In this document: positions 7,059-17,754 of the stretch, in pieces
Layout of the letters: each line of letters opens with the position of its first letter
How positions within the stretch are numbered: position 1 is the first letter of the stretch
Assembly: GCA_963844865.1 (NCBI GenBank)
Contig: CAWJPY010000020.1
Span: 48,298-112,297 of the forward strand
DNA from: an uncultured Holophagae bacterium
Lineage (GTDB): Bacteria > Acidobacteriota > Thermoanaerobaculia > Thermoanaerobaculales > Sulfomarinibacteraceae
Direction of reading: 5' to 3'
Length of the DNA: 64,000 bases
Notes under the pieces: generated by a model
Seen by the model: only the letters and a program-made list of their open reading frames with translations
Told to the model about the DNA's origin: nothing
Databases searched by the model: none
Position numbers and translations under genes: made by a program

Positions 7059-8501
7059 TCAATCCCCGGCCCAGATGGGAGGGTGTTTGCCTGCCCACGG
7101 GCGCGCCTCCTCCAATTGCGATGCCAGGCGGAAGAGAGTCGCCTCGTCGCCGTAGCGAGCGACGAACTGGACCCCGATGGGCAGACCATCGCCATTCCAC
7201 GACAGGGGCACCGACATGGCGGGCTGGCCGGTGATGTTGGCGATGGCGGTGTACGCGGCGAAGCGGGCGCCGCGCTCGAAGGCGGCCATGGGATCGTCCT
7301 CGGACTGGGCGAGGGCGCCGAGGGGCAGGGGCGGCTCGGCCAGGGTGGGGGTGAGCCAGACGTCGAAGCTCCGCTGCCAGGCCGCCAGCCGGCGGGCGGC
7401 ACCCTGCAGGCGTTGGACGGCGAGCAGGTAGTCGCCGCCGGTGAAGGTCCTGCCGAGCTCGTACAGGGCCCAGGTCAGGGGCTCGAAGAGCTCGCGCTCC
7501 GGGTGGCCGCCGTGGAGCGCGGCGGCGGCCGCCATGGTGCTGACCACGCTCGAGCTCCACACCACCGTGAAAGCCTGGGCGAGCATGCCGTCGCCGCCCA
7601 GAGAGGGGCTCGCCTCCACCACCTCGTGGCCGAGCTCGGAGCAGAGCGCGGCGGCATCTTCCACCGCGGCAACGCAGTCCGGGTGGGTGGTGTCGTCGGT
7701 GCCCCGTCCCTTGGTGACCGCGATCCGCAGGCGACCGCAGCGGCCGCCCACCTCGGCCGCGAAAGGACGCTCCGGCGGCTCCGGCCAGTAGGGCGCGCCC
7801 ACGTCGGGACCCGAGGTGGCGTCGAGCAGCGCCGCCGAGTCGCGCACCGACCGGGTCAGGGCGTGCTCCTCGACGAGGCCGCCCATGACGTCGCCGAAGA
7901 GGGGGCCCTTGGGGTTGCGCTGGCGGGTCGGCTTGAGCCCGAAGAGGCCGCAGCAGGAGGCCGGGATGCGGATGGAGCCGCCGCCGTCGTTGCCGTGGGC
8001 CATGGGCACCATGCCCGCGGCCACCGCCGCCGCCGAGCCGCCGCTGGAGCCGCCCGGAGTGCGGGCCGGGTCCCAGGGGTTGCGGCAGGGACCGAAGAGG
8101 GCGGGCTCGGTGGTGGGCACCAGCCCGAGCTCGGGGGTGTTGGTCTTGCCCAGGAGGACCAGGCCGGCCCGGCGCAGGCGGAGAACGAGCTCCGAGTCGT
8201 ATTCTGAGACGTAGCCGGCAAATGCGCGCGACCCCAGGGTCAGGCGCGCGCCCCGGCAGGCGGCCAGCAGGTCCTTGACGAGGAACGGGACGCCGGTGAA
8301 GGGCCCTCGGGGCAGGTCCCCCAGGGCCAGCTCGCGGGCCTCCTCGTACATGGGCGTGACCACGGCATTGAGCCGCGGGTCCACCGCGGCGATGCGGGTG
8401 ATCGCGGCCTCCACCAGCTCGTGGGGCGTCACCTCGCCGCGTTCGACCAACTCGGCCTGGGCGGTGGCGTCGACTCCCGCGAGCTCCTGGGCGAGGGACA
8501 T
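7059..8501 (-). CDS. amidase (amidase-signature family)
   Basis: AS motif [30 protein letters not shown]. The start is placed at ATG 8501 (MSLAQELAG). The track ORF runs further 5' to 9017. Confidence 0.85.
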   Translation of the reverse strand: MSLAQELAGVDATAQAELVERGEVTPHELVEAAITRIAAVDPRLNAVVTPMYEEARELALGDLPRGPFTGVPFLVKDLLAACRGARLTLGSRAFAGYVSEYDSELVLRLRRAGLVLLGKTNTPELGLVPTTEPALFGPCRNPWDPARTPGGSSGGSAAAVAAGMVPMAHGNDGGGSIRIPASCCGLFGLKPTRQRNPKGPLFGDVMGGLVEEHALTRSVRDSAALLDATSGPDVGAPYWPEPPERPFAAEVGGRCGRLRIAVTKGRGTDDTTHPDCVAAVEDAAALCSELGHEVVEASPSLGGDGMLAQAFTVVWSSSVVSTMAAAAALHGGHPERELFEPLTWALYELGRTFTGGDYLLAVQRLQGAARRLAAWQRSFDVWLTPTLAEPPLPLGALAQSEDDPMAAFERGARFAAYTAIANITGQPAMSVPLSWNGDGLPIGVQFVARYGDEATLFRLASQLEEARPWAGKHPPIWAGD

Positions 8502-8685
8502 GGCGGCTCCTCCTCGAGCGATCCCGGCGTGGGGCACCATAGCAGGACGCGCCATCGCCTTGCGCCTGGACGCGGGATCGAGCAGACTCCGGGGCACGGC
8601 CAAGGCGGTGGCGAGGATCCCCGGCGCCGGTGGGTCGACCGGCGGGTCAGGGTCGACCGGGGGCGGAGAGCCTCCTGGAGGTTGC

Positions 8686-10110
8686 ATGCGACGCTTCGAC
8701 GCGATCGTGCTCGGTTGCGGGCCCGGAGGGGAGCGTGCGGCCATCCAGGCGGCCAGGGCCGGACGCTCGGTGGCGGTGGTGGAGCAGGCCAACGTGGTGG
8801 GGGGGAACCGGGTCAACTGGGGGACCATCCCCTCCAAGACGCTGCGCGAGAGCGCCGTCTTCGTGCGCAACCTGACCCGGAACAAGATGGAGGGCATCCG
8901 GGTCGAGATCGCCGAGGAGATCACGGTCGCCGACTTCATGTATCGCGAGCGCCGGGTGGTGCAGCGGGAGCTGGAGCTGATCAACGAATCCCTGGCCCGG
9001 TACCACGTGGAGGTCATCGAGGGTCACGGGCGCTTCGCCGACACCAACACCGTCACCGTCTCCGCTCCCGACGGCGAGGTGCGGGAGACGCTGGTCGGCG
9101 ACGTCATCGTCATCGCCACCGGATCGCGCCCCAACCGCCCCCGGGACGTGCCCTTCGACGGCGAGCTGGTCTTCGACTCGGAGAGCATCCTGCACCTGCC
9201 GAGCATGCCCCGCTCCATGGTCGTCCTCGGCGCGGGGGTCGTCGGTGTGGAGTACGCCTCCATCTTCGCCGCCCTGGGCATCGCGGTGACCCTGGTGGAC
9301 ACCCGCGATCGGCTGCTGCCCTTCTTCGACAGGGAGATTGCCGGCGTGCTGGCCCACGAGCTGGAGCGGTCAGGCGTCACCACGGTCCACGAGCAGCACC
9401 ACACCACCATCGAACGCGTCACGGCCCCCCGTCCCCACGTGCGCTGCCACACCGATGCCTCGGAGGTGTTCGAGGCGGATGTCCTCCTGTACTGCGTGGG
9501 CCGCCAGGGCAACAGCGACGACATCGGCCTGGACGCTATCGGTCTGACGGCCAACCCCTACGGGCAGCTCCAGGTCAACGAGCACTACCAGACCGCCCAC
9601 CCCCACATCTACGCCGTGGGCGACATCGTCGGCTACCCGGCCCTGGCCTCCACCTCCATGGAGCAGGGCCGGCGCGCCATTCGCCACGCCTTCGCGATCT
9701 CCGGTCCCAACCTGGCCGAGGACGAGCTCCCCTTCGCCATCTACTCCATCCCCGAGGTGAGCTACATCGGCCTCACCGAGGAGGCCCTCATCGAGCGCGG
9801 GGTCGAGTACGTGTCGGGGCGCGGCAACTACGACAAGAACCCGCGGGGGCAGATCATCGGCGACCGCTCCGGGCTGCTCAAGCTCCTGTTCTCCGTGGAA
9901 ACCCTGGAGCTGCTGGGCGCCCACATCATCGGTTACAGCGCGTCGGAGCTCATCCACATCGCGCAGGCCTTCCTGCGCGCCCGGGCCACCGCCGTGGTCA
10001 TCGCCGAGACGCTGTACAACTACCCGACCCTGTCCGACTGCTACCGGCACGCCGCCCAGGTCGCCCTGGCCGAGCACTACCGCCGCACCGGGCGCCAGGC
10101 TTGGGCGTGA
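8686..10110 (+). CDS. sthA: soluble pyridine nucleotide transhydrogenase-like flavoprotein (SthA family)
   Basis: [35 protein letters not shown] and a pyridine-nucleotide-disulfide-oxidoreductase dimerisation end. A GGAGG sits upstream of ATG 8686. Confidence 0.75.
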   Translation: MRRFDAIVLGCGPGGERAAIQAARAGRSVAVVEQANVVGGNRVNWGTIPSKTLRESAVFVRNLTRNKMEGIRVEIAEEITVADFMYRERRVVQRELELINESLARYHVEVIEGHGRFADTNTVTVSAPDGEVRETLVGDVIVIATGSRPNRPRDVPFDGELVFDSESILHLPSMPRSMVVLGAGVVGVEYASIFAALGIAVTLVDTRDRLLPFFDREIAGVLAHELERSGVTTVHEQHHTTIERVTAPRPHVRCHTDASEVFEADVLLYCVGRQGNSDDIGLDAIGLTANPYGQLQVNEHYQTAHPHIYAVGDIVGYPALASTSMEQGRRAIRHAFAISGPNLAEDELPFAIYSIPEVSYIGLTEEALIERGVEYVSGRGNYDKNPRGQIIGDRSGLLKLLFSVETLELLGAHIIGYSASELIHIAQAFLRARATAVVIAETLYNYPTLSDCYRHAAQVALAEHYRRTGRQAWA

Positions 10111-10128
10111 CGAGGCGGCGGGGAGAGG

Positions 10129-10452
10129 ATGGTCGCCACCTGGCTGCTCGTGCTCCTGGGCGGGTTCCTCCTCTTCGAGCTGGCCGAGCACGTTGTGCTG
10201 CCCCTCGTGCTGGCCTGGAAGATGAGGAAGCGGCGGTCCGTGAGCGGCGCCGAGGGCATGGTGGGCAAAGTCGTCCAGGTCAAGGCCTGGCGGGGCGGCG
10301 AGGGACAGGTGATGGTGGACGGCGAGCTCTGGACGGCCGTCTGTACTGCGGAGCTGGAGCCGGGCGATCGGGCGGTGGTGGAGAGGGTCGCGGGGCTCGT
10401 GCTTGAGCTCAACAGGCCTCCGGGAGAGGGACGCGCCGGGCGAGCCAGTTGA
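10129..10452 (+). CDS. NfeD-family membrane protein (C-terminal OB fold)
   Basis: 107 aa with an N-terminal TM helix, then GKVVQV..GEGQVMVDGELWTA..LEPGDRAVVERVAGLVLEL. Confidence 0.7.
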   Translation: MVATWLLVLLGGFLLFELAEHVVLPLVLAWKMRKRRSVSGAEGMVGKVVQVKAWRGGEGQVMVDGELWTAVCTAELEPGDRAVVERVAGLVLELNRPPGEGRAGRAS

Positions 10453-10477
10453 GGGCCGGGGTCCTGTGAAGCGGGGC

Positions 10478-10570
10478 TGTCAGCGGCGGCGACCGCGGAC
10501 AGCGACCGCGATCGGTGTCAGCAATCAGGGACAGCGGCAGCGCTCTGCGACGGCGGTCAGCGGCGGTGAT
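10478..10570. repeat. Z arm (CAGCG sense)
   Basis: gtcagcggcggcgaccgcggacagcgaccgcgatcgg..gacagcggcagcg..ggtcagcggcgg. Confidence 0.6.
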
Positions 10571-10610
10571 CCGCGTCCGGTTGCTGCAAGACCGGAACGA
10601 CCGGGGGGGA

Positions 10611-10714
10611 GCACCTCTCTCGGGCGTTTCACTGGTGACGCTTTTCCGAGGGAGGGCGGACCGCCGCTGCGTCGCCCCCGGTCGGAAAAGTGTCAGCGGT
10701 GACAACCGTGGGGG
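10611..10714 (-). repeat. Y element copy 6 (reverse orientation, diverged 5' flank)
   Basis: Reverse complement reads TTGTCACCGCTGACACTTTTCCGA...TCGGAAAAGCGTCACCAGTGAAACGCCCGAGAGAGGTGC. Confidence 0.75.
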
Positions 10715-10760
10715 TGCGGTGGGAGAAGACCCTGTCGGTGCACCCTGCGATGTCAAAGCC

Positions 10761-10828
10761 GGTGCCAGGCACCCCGTCTTGATTTGAAAGGCACGCGGAT
10801 CGCTCCCTCCGAACGGGTGCCTGGCACC
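10761..10828 (+). repeat. X element copy d (subfamily 1)
   Basis: GGTGCCAGGCACC, then ccgtcttgatttgaaaggcacgcggatcgc..ccgaacg, then GGTGCCTGGCACC. Confidence 0.85.
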
Positions 10829-10847
10829 GGCTCTTTCTCTGCAGACC

Positions 10848-12688
10848 TCAGAACCTGTACTCGCCGTCCCTCACGCGGGCGTGGATGTCGGGAGTGAGGG
10901 GCCGGTACGACGGCTCGCCGGGGAGGAGGACGAAGAGGGGGTCGGCGACCAGGGCCGGGTCGAACGCCTCGTTCCGGAGGCGCACCCGCTTGATCTTGTG
11001 GGTGGGGGTCGACTCGAGGTCGGAGCACAGGCGCAGGAACCTGGGCACCGCGTACGAAGGCAGGTAACGCTCGAGGTGGGAGGCGAGGCCCGCCAGGTCC
11101 AGGTGCTCGGACGTTCCCTCCGGGACGACGGCGATCATGCCGGCGCGCCCGTCTCCGCCGGGCATCGTCACGCCGTAGGCCGCCGCCAGCGCCACGCCGG
11201 GAAAGCTGTTCACCACCTTCTCGACCTCGGTGGTGGAGACGTTCTCCCCCTTCCAGCGGAAGGTGTCGCCGGTGCGGTCGGAGAACTGGACGTGGCCCCA
11301 GCCCATGGGGCGCACCAGGTCGCCGGTGTCGAACCATGCGTCGCCGGCGGCGAAGACGTCGTGCAGGATCTTGGTCTGGGTCGCCTCTGGGCTCGTGTAA
11401 CCGGCGAAGGGGTTGGACGCGGAGATCTCGCCGAGGAGGAGACCGGCCTCGCCGACCTTCACCCGCTCCATCCACCCGCCTGGACCGCGCACCGGTTCCT
11501 CGTTGTCCACGTCGTAGCGGACCACGGCGTAGGGCACCAGGCAGACCCCCACCGTGCGGTCCAGGTTCAGCAGGTTCACGAAGTAGAGGTTGGACTCGGC
11601 GGCGCCGTAGATTTCGTAGACGTGGGTGATGCCGAACCGATGCTTGAAGGTGTCCCAGATGTCGGGGCGCAGGCCGTTGCCGATGACCTTGCGCAGGGGG
11701 TGGTCGCGGTCGTCGGGCCGCGGTGGCTGCTTCACCAGGTAGCGGCAAGCTCGCCCACGTAGCACCAGATGGTGGCGTCGAAGCGCCGCACGTCGTCGAG
11801 GAAGCGGCTGGCGCTGAACTTGCGCTGGATGGCGACGGCGGCGCCCCCCGCGAACACCGCCGGCCAGCTCAGGGCGATGGCGTTGGTGTGGAAGAAGGGC
11901 AGGGGCACGAACAGGGTGTCGCCCGGCTTGATGTCGAGCACCACCCGGCCGTTGAGGTAGCGGGACTTGACCAGCCGGCCGTGGGGGATGACCGCCGCCT
12001 TGGGCATGCCGCCGGTGGTGCCGGAGGTGAAGACGTAGGCGATGGGGTCCGACGGCGTCACCGTGGCCGTGGTGGGCGGATTGCCGCAGGGGCATGAGGC
12101 CGCCGCGGCGACGAGGTCGACGAAGCCCGCGGGCGTGGGTGTCTTGCCCCGGTCGGGCACCCAGAGGAGCGTCTGCTCCTCGCCGGGCGCCAGGTCCGGC
12201 AGCACCTCCTGGAAGGGACCGAGCATCTCCTCGCCGATGACGAAGGCGCGGGCCGGGTTGAGGGCGAGGCAGTGGCGGAGGGAGTCGAGGCGGAGGTTGG
12301 TGTTGATCAAAGCGCTGACGGCGCCGATCTTGGCCAGGGCCGAGTAGATGACCAGCAGCTCCGCCCGGTTCTCCAGGACCACGGCCACCACGTCCCCCTT
12401 GCCGATGCCCAGGGACGTGAAGTGGTGAGCGTGCCGATTCGCCGCCGCGTTGAACTGGGCCCACGTGAGGTCGGTCTGAGGCGATTTGATGGCGGGGTGT
12501 GCGGGGTATGCCGCGGCGTTCTCCTCCAGCATGCTCCCCCAGGACTCCCGGTTCTCAGCGTCCACGCGCGCCATGCTGCGCAGGGCCGGGAGGATGCGGG
12601 GGAGCCGCCAGGAGAGGCGGAGGAGGGCGCCGAGAAAGCGGGGCAAGGACACGCGGGCGGCGGAGCTCGTCTGTGGCGCGTCGTCCAT
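10848..12688 (-). pseudogene. very-long-chain acyl-CoA synthetase / fatty-acid transport protein-like, one frameshift near 11747
   Basis: The N-terminal 318-aa ORF (YVFTSGTTGGMPKAAV AMP motif) ends ..IWCYVGELAATW. The C-terminal part continues in another frame as (C)RYLVKQPPRPDD..FDTGDLV..WKGENVST. One nt is missing between GAGCT and TGCCGC. Confidence 0.8.
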
Positions 12689-12841
12689 CCGTCCCCCTCC
12701 TCGACCCGCCGTCGGCTGCGGCGTGCAATCAATCTAGGGAGCGGCGCGGCAGGCGTCAAGAAGAGGCCGCAGGCGGCCCGTCGCTGCGCTCGGCGGTCAT
12801 CGCAGTGATCAGCGAGGTCTCGCTCCGAGACCAGCGGAGAG

Positions 12842-12908
12842 GGCGCCAGACACGCCGTCTTGATTCGAGAGCCCACTCATCGCTTCATGGGAAAGCGTGC
12901 CTGGCACC
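12842..12908 (+). repeat. X element copy e (subfamily 1, left end degenerate)
   Basis: GGcGCCAGaCACg, then ccgtcttgattcgagagcccactcatcgcttcatgggaaag, then cGTGCCTGGCACC. Confidence 0.7.
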
Positions 12909-12984
12909 CCCTCTGTCATCGCCGGAGCGTCTTCGTGCCACCATGTATCGATCGGCGACGGCGAAGCGAGAGTAAGATCGCGCC

Positions 12985-13775
12985 ATGTCCGACGCATTCG
13001 ACCGGCTCGTTGGCATCATGGACCGGCTCCGGGACCCGGGGGCTGCCCCTGGGACCGGGAGCAGACCCTGGACACCCTCACCGGCTACCTTCTGGAGGAG
13101 GCCCACGAGGTTGTGGACGCGGCCGCCGCAGGCGAGCCCGAACGCCTGCGCGAGGAGCTCGGCGACCTCCTCCTGCAGGTGGTCTTCATGGCCCGCATCG
13201 CCTCCGAGAAGGGCTGGTTCGACGCCTCGGGGGTGTGCGACGCCATCAGCGAGAAGCTGATCCGGCGACACCCCCACGTGTTCGGGGAACGGGAGGTGGA
13301 GGGGGCCGCCGAGGTGGTGCGCAACTGGGAGGAGATCAAGCGCGCCGAGCACGCCGCGGAGCCGGAGTCCTCGACCCTGGACGGGGTACCCCGCTCCCTG
13401 CCGGCCCTCCTCAAGGCCTTCCGCATGACCGAGAAGGCGGCGGCGGTGGGCTTCGACTGGCACAAGCCCGGCGACGTCATGGGCAAGCTCCACGAGGAGG
13501 TGGGCGAGCTCGAAGCCGAGCTGCCGCGCCTGGAGGGGGAGGACCCGGCGCGGGTGCGGGAGGAGCTGGGGGACGTGCTCTTCGTCATGGCGAACCTCGC
13601 CCGTCACCTCGGAGTTGAGCCGGAGACCGCCCTGCAGGCCACCAACACCAAGTTCAAGACGCGCTTCCAGGCCATGGAGGCCGCAGCCCGCGCGTCCGGC
13701 CGCCGTCTGGCCGACATGTCCCTGGCCGAGCAGGACGAGCTGTGGGAGCAGGCGAAGAAGACGGCGGGTTGCTGA
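12985..13775 (+). CDS. mazG: nucleoside triphosphate pyrophosphohydrolase MazG, with one apparent frameshift in a C/G run near 13036-13042
   Basis: MSDAFDRLVGIMDRLRDP (frame a) continues as GGCPWDREQTLDTL..EEAHEV..RRHPHVF (frame b). It has a second MazG domain. Confidence 0.8.
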
Positions 13776-13776
13776 G

Positions 13777-13789
13777 GGTGCCTGGCACC
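13777..13789. repeat. solo X-type palindrome GGTGCCTGGCACC, 1 nt after the mazG stop
   Basis: Exact 13-mer followed by cgctctggcctatccgg, as at 6762-6780. Confidence 0.8.
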
Positions 13790-13822
13790 CGCTCTGGCCT
13801 ATCCGGAGTGACATCTCTCGGG

Positions 13823-13950
13823 CCGCGCCGATTCTGTCGACGCGCTTCCCGAGATTGCCACCGCTGACACTTTCACGACCGCACGTCACGCACGGTCGGT
13901 CCGCCCCACTTCGTGAAAGTGTCACCAGTGGCACGTCCGAGGGACGCGCC
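13823..13950 (+). repeat. Y element copy 3
   Basis: Arms are TTGCCACCGCTGACACTTTCACGA and TCGTGAAAGTGTCACCAGTGGCA. The distal stem is changed in a compensatory way relative to copy 2. Confidence 0.85.
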
Positions 13951-14030
13951 CTTCTCTCGGAGGACGCTGGCCCAAGTGAGCGGATCGCTGCCGCTGACCT
14001 CGGGGTAGGCCCTGAGAGAAGGGAGCGTCG

Positions 14031-15011
14031 CTACTTCCCAGATCGACTCCCCTTGCCATCCCACCAGATCAGGATGAGCCACGCCAGGGCGCCGTAGACG
14101 GCGGCGAAGAGCAGGCCCCAGAGGTGGGTCGCGAGGCCGGTGGCGGCGGCGATGCCCGGCGCAACGCCGAGGGCCGAAAACCCCGCGGTCCACCCGGCTT
14201 CGAGGGTCCCGAGGTTGGCGACGAGGCCCACGGGAAGCAGGTTGGCGAGGGAGCCGGCGGCGGAGCCCGCGACGACGGTCATGGGGGGCCACCGGTACCC
14301 GAGGGCGACGAGCAGGAAGAACACGGACGCCCAGGTGAAGGCCCAGACGAGGAGGGACGCCAGGGCCGCGGCGGCCAGCCGGAGGGGCCGGGCGGTGAGG
14401 GCGGTGACGGCGCGGCGCAGACGGCGGATGCGGCGCGTCCAGCGGCGTCCCCCGAGCCCCCGCGGCGCCAGGAGGCGCACGGCCAGCCGGTCGGCGGCGG
14501 CCAGGGTCCAGGGCAGGGCCAGGGCGGGAGCCAGGAGGGCGGCGGCGACCGCCAGCGCCAGGGGGTGGTCGAGCCTCGACACGGCCAGGAAGGCGCCACC
14601 CGCCCATACGCCCAGCGCGGCCAGGTCCAGGGCGCGGGCGGCGAGGAGCGTGCCGACGCCGGAGGCCAGGTCCAGACCGGCGACGCGACGCAGCAGCAGC
14701 GGCAGGGCCGCCTCGCCGGCGCGGGCCGGCACGAACAGGGTCGCCGCCTGGGCGACGGCCACGGTGAGGACGGCGGGGACGGGCCGCAGCTCGCCCCCGG
14801 GGATGAGCAGCAGCAGACGGACGCCGCGGGCGGCCAGGACCAGGGCCGCCGCCGCCGCCGCAGGCAGGAGCCCCGGCAGGTGGGTGGTGGCGAGGAGCCG
14901 CCACACCGCGGCGGGGCCTGCGACGGCCAGCACGCCCCCCAGGAGGGCCAGCGCCAGCGCGGCGCCGGCCGCTCGCCGCCACCCCCGGTGGCCCGTGCCG
15001 GCGGTGCTCAC
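14031..15011 (-). CDS. polytopic membrane protein, flippase-like/UPF0104 (lysyl-PG-synthase TM-region-like)
   Basis: Many hydrophobic segments. The GTG start overlaps the stop of the upstream GT2 gene (GTGA). Confidence 0.5.
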   Translation of the reverse strand: MSTAGTGHRGWRRAAGAALALALLGGVLAVAGPAAVWRLLATTHLPGLLPAAAAAALVLAARGVRLLLLIPGGELRPVPAVLTVAVAQAATLFVPARAGEAALPLLLRRVAGLDLASGVGTLLAARALDLAALGVWAGGAFLAVSRLDHPLALAVAAALLAPALALPWTLAAADRLAVRLLAPRGLGGRRWTRRIRRLRRAVTALTARPLRLAAAALASLLVWAFTWASVFFLLVALGYRWPPMTVVAGSAAGSLANLLPVGLVANLGTLEAGWTAGFSALGVAPGIAAATGLATHLWGLLFAAVYGALAWLILIWWDGKGSRSGK

Positions 15012-15964
15012 GGTCTCTTGGCCGCGGCGCCGCCGGCCCGTCGCTGCCGGACCACCGCTTCCTCCAGGAGGCGGCGGTTGACGGCGATGAGGTCGGCCAC
15101 GATCCCCACCACCCACACCTGCACGCCGACCACGATGAGGATGACGGCCAGGATCAGGGACTGGACGTGCCCCGCCGGCGAGTGCTGGGCCACGTAGAAG
15201 TACAGGAAGCGTACCAGCAGGGCGAAGCCGACCACGACCGGCACGGCGCCCAGACGGAGGAAGATGCGCAGGGGGTTGTAGAGCACGACGATGCGGGCGA
15301 TGCTCTCCAGGGACCGGATCACGTAGGTGGTGTTGGACGAGAAGAGCCGGGACTCGGAGCGGGAGGGCGGGTTGACCCCAACCGGCACCGAGGCCACCTT
15401 GAGGCCGGCCTCTCCCGCCTGGAGGATGGTCTCCAGGGTGTAGGTGAAGCGGGTGAACACGTGCAGCCTGAGGGCCGCCTCCCGGGAGATGGCGCGGAAG
15501 CCGGAGGTGGCGTCCCGCACCGTGGTGTGGGAGAGCCGGCGCACCACCCAGGAGCCGAGCTTCTGGAGGGCCTTCTTGATGGGGGAGAAGTGGGGCACGG
15601 CGGAGACCTGGCGGTCCCCGATCACCATCTGCGCCTCGCCCGCCAGGATGGGCTCGACCAGCGCCGGGATGTCCTCCGCCCGGTACTGGTTGTCGGCATC
15701 GGTGTTGACCACGACGTCCGCGCCGCCGGCCACGGCGTGGGCGAGCCCGGTGGCGAACGCCACCGCCAGCCCCCGGTGGACCGGGAGACGGACCACCTCG
15801 GCGCCCGCGGCCGCGGCGATCTCGGCGGTCCGGTCTCCAGAGCCGTCGTCCACCACCAGGAGGGCGACCTCGTCGAAGCCCGCGACGCGTCGGGGCAACG
15901 CCGCCAGGGTCTGGGCGAGCTGCAGCTCCTCATTCCACGCGGGGATCTGGATCACCAGCTTCAT
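15008..15964 (-). CDS. family 2 glycosyltransferase (polyprenyl-phosphate sugar synthase-like)
   Basis: MKLVIQIPAWNEE, VVDDGSGDRT, NTDADNQY and C-terminal TM helices. Start is ATG 15964. Confidence 0.8.
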   Translation of the reverse strand: MKLVIQIPAWNEELQLAQTLAALPRRVAGFDEVALLVVDDGSGDRTAEIAAAAGAEVVRLPVHRGLAVAFATGLAHAVAGGADVVVNTDADNQYRAEDIPALVEPILAGEAQMVIGDRQVSAVPHFSPIKKALQKLGSWVVRRLSHTTVRDATSGFRAISREAALRLHVFTRFTYTLETILQAGEAGLKVASVPVGVNPPSRSESRLFSSNTTYVIRSLESIARIVVLYNPLRIFLRLGAVPVVVGFALLVRFLYFYVAQHSPAGHVQSLILAVILIVVGVQVWVVGIVADLIAVNRRLLEEAVVRQRRAGGAAAKRP

Positions 15965-16042
15965 GGTGGTCGGCCGCACGGTACCACAGCGGCGGGGGCG
16001 CCCGGCCGGCAGCCTGCTATCCTCGGCGCGGAGCACCTCGTC

Positions 16043-17035
16043 ATGACGGAGCAGCAACGGTCCTCGCCTGTCGGTCCCGGTCACCGCGACCGGTCCCTCG
16101 GCCTGGCGGTGTTCGGGGTGATCGAGATCCTGCTCGGGATCCTCGGCCTCCTGCTGGTGCCGGCGACCCTCGTGGCCACTGCCGCCACCCGCTCCCTGGG
16201 TGGGGCCGGCGCCGCGCCGGACTGGCGCACCGTCGGGCCCGGCCTGGTGGTGTACACCCTCCTGGGTGTGGCCCTGATCTGGCTGGGTGTGGGCTCCGTG
16301 CGTGCGCGGCGCTGGGCCCAGGCGCTCCTCCTCGCCCTGTCGTGGCTGTGGCTGATCACGGGCGCGCTCGCACTCCTCGTGTCATGGTGGTTGCTGCCGG
16401 GGATCTGGATGAGCATCGCTGGTCTCGGTGACTGGCCCCGGGGGGCGATGCTGCTGGTGGAGATCGGCACCGCGCTCCTGCTGAGCGTGGTCTACGTCGC
16501 GCTGCCGGCGGCGTTCGTGCTCTTCTACCGTTCCGAGGGGGTGATCGGCACCTGCCGCGCCCGCGACCCGGAGCCCTCGATCATTGCCGACAGCCCGCCC
16601 CAGCTCCTGGCCCTGGCCGTGGCCTTCGCCCTCGGCGCACTGTCGGTGCTCCTGATGCCGGCCTACGGCTTCCTGCTCCCGGTGTTCGGACTGGTGCTCC
16701 AGGGTGCGGCGGGAGCCGTGGGTTGGGCGGGCATCCTGCTCCTGCTGCTGTGGCTTACCTGGCGCACCCTCGTGGGAGACCGGAGGGCGTGGTGGGCGGC
16801 GGTTGTCGCCACCATCCTGGCGGGGGTCTCGAGCACGGTGACGGCGTTGGTGGTGCCCGTGGCGGACCTCCTGGCGGCGATGCGGCTGGACCCCCGGGCG
16901 CTCCAGCTCCTGGAGGGAATGGGAACGCCCTCCGCCGCCACGCTGGGACTTCTCAACGCCCTGGGATGGGCGACGCTGCTCGCCTACCTCGTCTACGCCC
17001 GGCGGTGGTTCGAGGATCGCCGGACGACAGGGTGA
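16043..17035 (+). CDS. hypothetical polytopic membrane protein
   Basis: 330 aa from ATG 16043. It has repeated hydrophobic helices (GLAVFGVIEILLGILGLLLVP..). Confidence 0.5.
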   Translation: MTEQQRSSPVGPGHRDRSLGLAVFGVIEILLGILGLLLVPATLVATAATRSLGGAGAAPDWRTVGPGLVVYTLLGVALIWLGVGSVRARRWAQALLLALSWLWLITGALALLVSWWLLPGIWMSIAGLGDWPRGAMLLVEIGTALLLSVVYVALPAAFVLFYRSEGVIGTCRARDPEPSIIADSPPQLLALAVAFALGALSVLLMPAYGFLLPVFGLVLQGAAGAVGWAGILLLLLWLTWRTLVGDRRAWWAAVVATILAGVSSTVTALVVPVADLLAAMRLDPRALQLLEGMGTPSAATLGLLNALGWATLLAYLVYARRWFEDRRTTG

Positions 17036-17715
17036 GCGCCTCGTCTCCGGGCCCTGGGCGCGGCGCCGGCTGCCTGCAGTGGGTGGTGGCCGCGCCCGTC
17101 CTGGCCCTGCTGTCGCCGTTGGCGGTGGGGGTGCGGGCCTGGCGCACCTGGCGGCGGGGGGCGGCGGTGATCGTCGAGCGCGCTCCCCGGGCCATCGTGC
17201 GAGGCGCCGCGGGCCCCATGACCCGCCTGGAGCTGGACGTGGACGTCCCCCACGGCCGCGAGCGCCAGGTGGGGCGACGCCTCACCGACACCGTCGTCCG
17301 CGCGGCCGAGGCGCTGCGCCGCGCCGACGACGCCTATCACCTCACCTACCGGCAACCGCAGCTCGGGGAGACGACGCAGCTCCCCGTGGGACCCCAGGTG
17401 CAGGAGCTGGGGGAGCGCCTCGCCCTCGCCCTGGCCCAGCGCGACCTCGAGGGCCGCACCGTGCTCTGGCTGACCATGGCCCGGCGGCTGTCGCCGGGAT
17501 CGCTGGTGGATCCGTTCACCTACGATCCCGACGCGCCCGGCGAGCCGGAGCCCCTGGTGCTCCGCGAGGGTGTGCGCTGGGCCCTGGCCTCGGCCCGCGG
17601 GACCGCGGCGGCCTCCACCGTCTACCGGCTCGTCTTCTGGGTCCCGGAAGCGGCCGCCGGTAAGGTGGAGGAAGTCCTGGATCGCCTGCAGAGTCACCTG
17701 CGCGCCGGGGAATGA
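17032..17715 (+). CDS. hypothetical protein (one N-terminal TM helix)
   Basis: GTG 17032 overlaps the previous stop (GTGA). High third-position GC. No recognisable domain. Confidence 0.45.
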   Translation: MSASSPGPGRGAGCLQWVVAAPVLALLSPLAVGVRAWRTWRRGAAVIVERAPRAIVRGAAGPMTRLELDVDVPHGRERQVGRRLTDTVVRAAEALRRADDAYHLTYRQPQLGETTQLPVGPQVQELGERLALALAQRDLEGRTVLWLTMARRLSPGSLVDPFTYDPDAPGEPEPLVLREGVRWALASARGTAAASTVYRLVFWVPEAAAGKVEEVLDRLQSHLRAGE

Positions 17716-17754
17716 GGTCCGACGGCCGTCGACGCACGTTGCGACGTCAAACCC

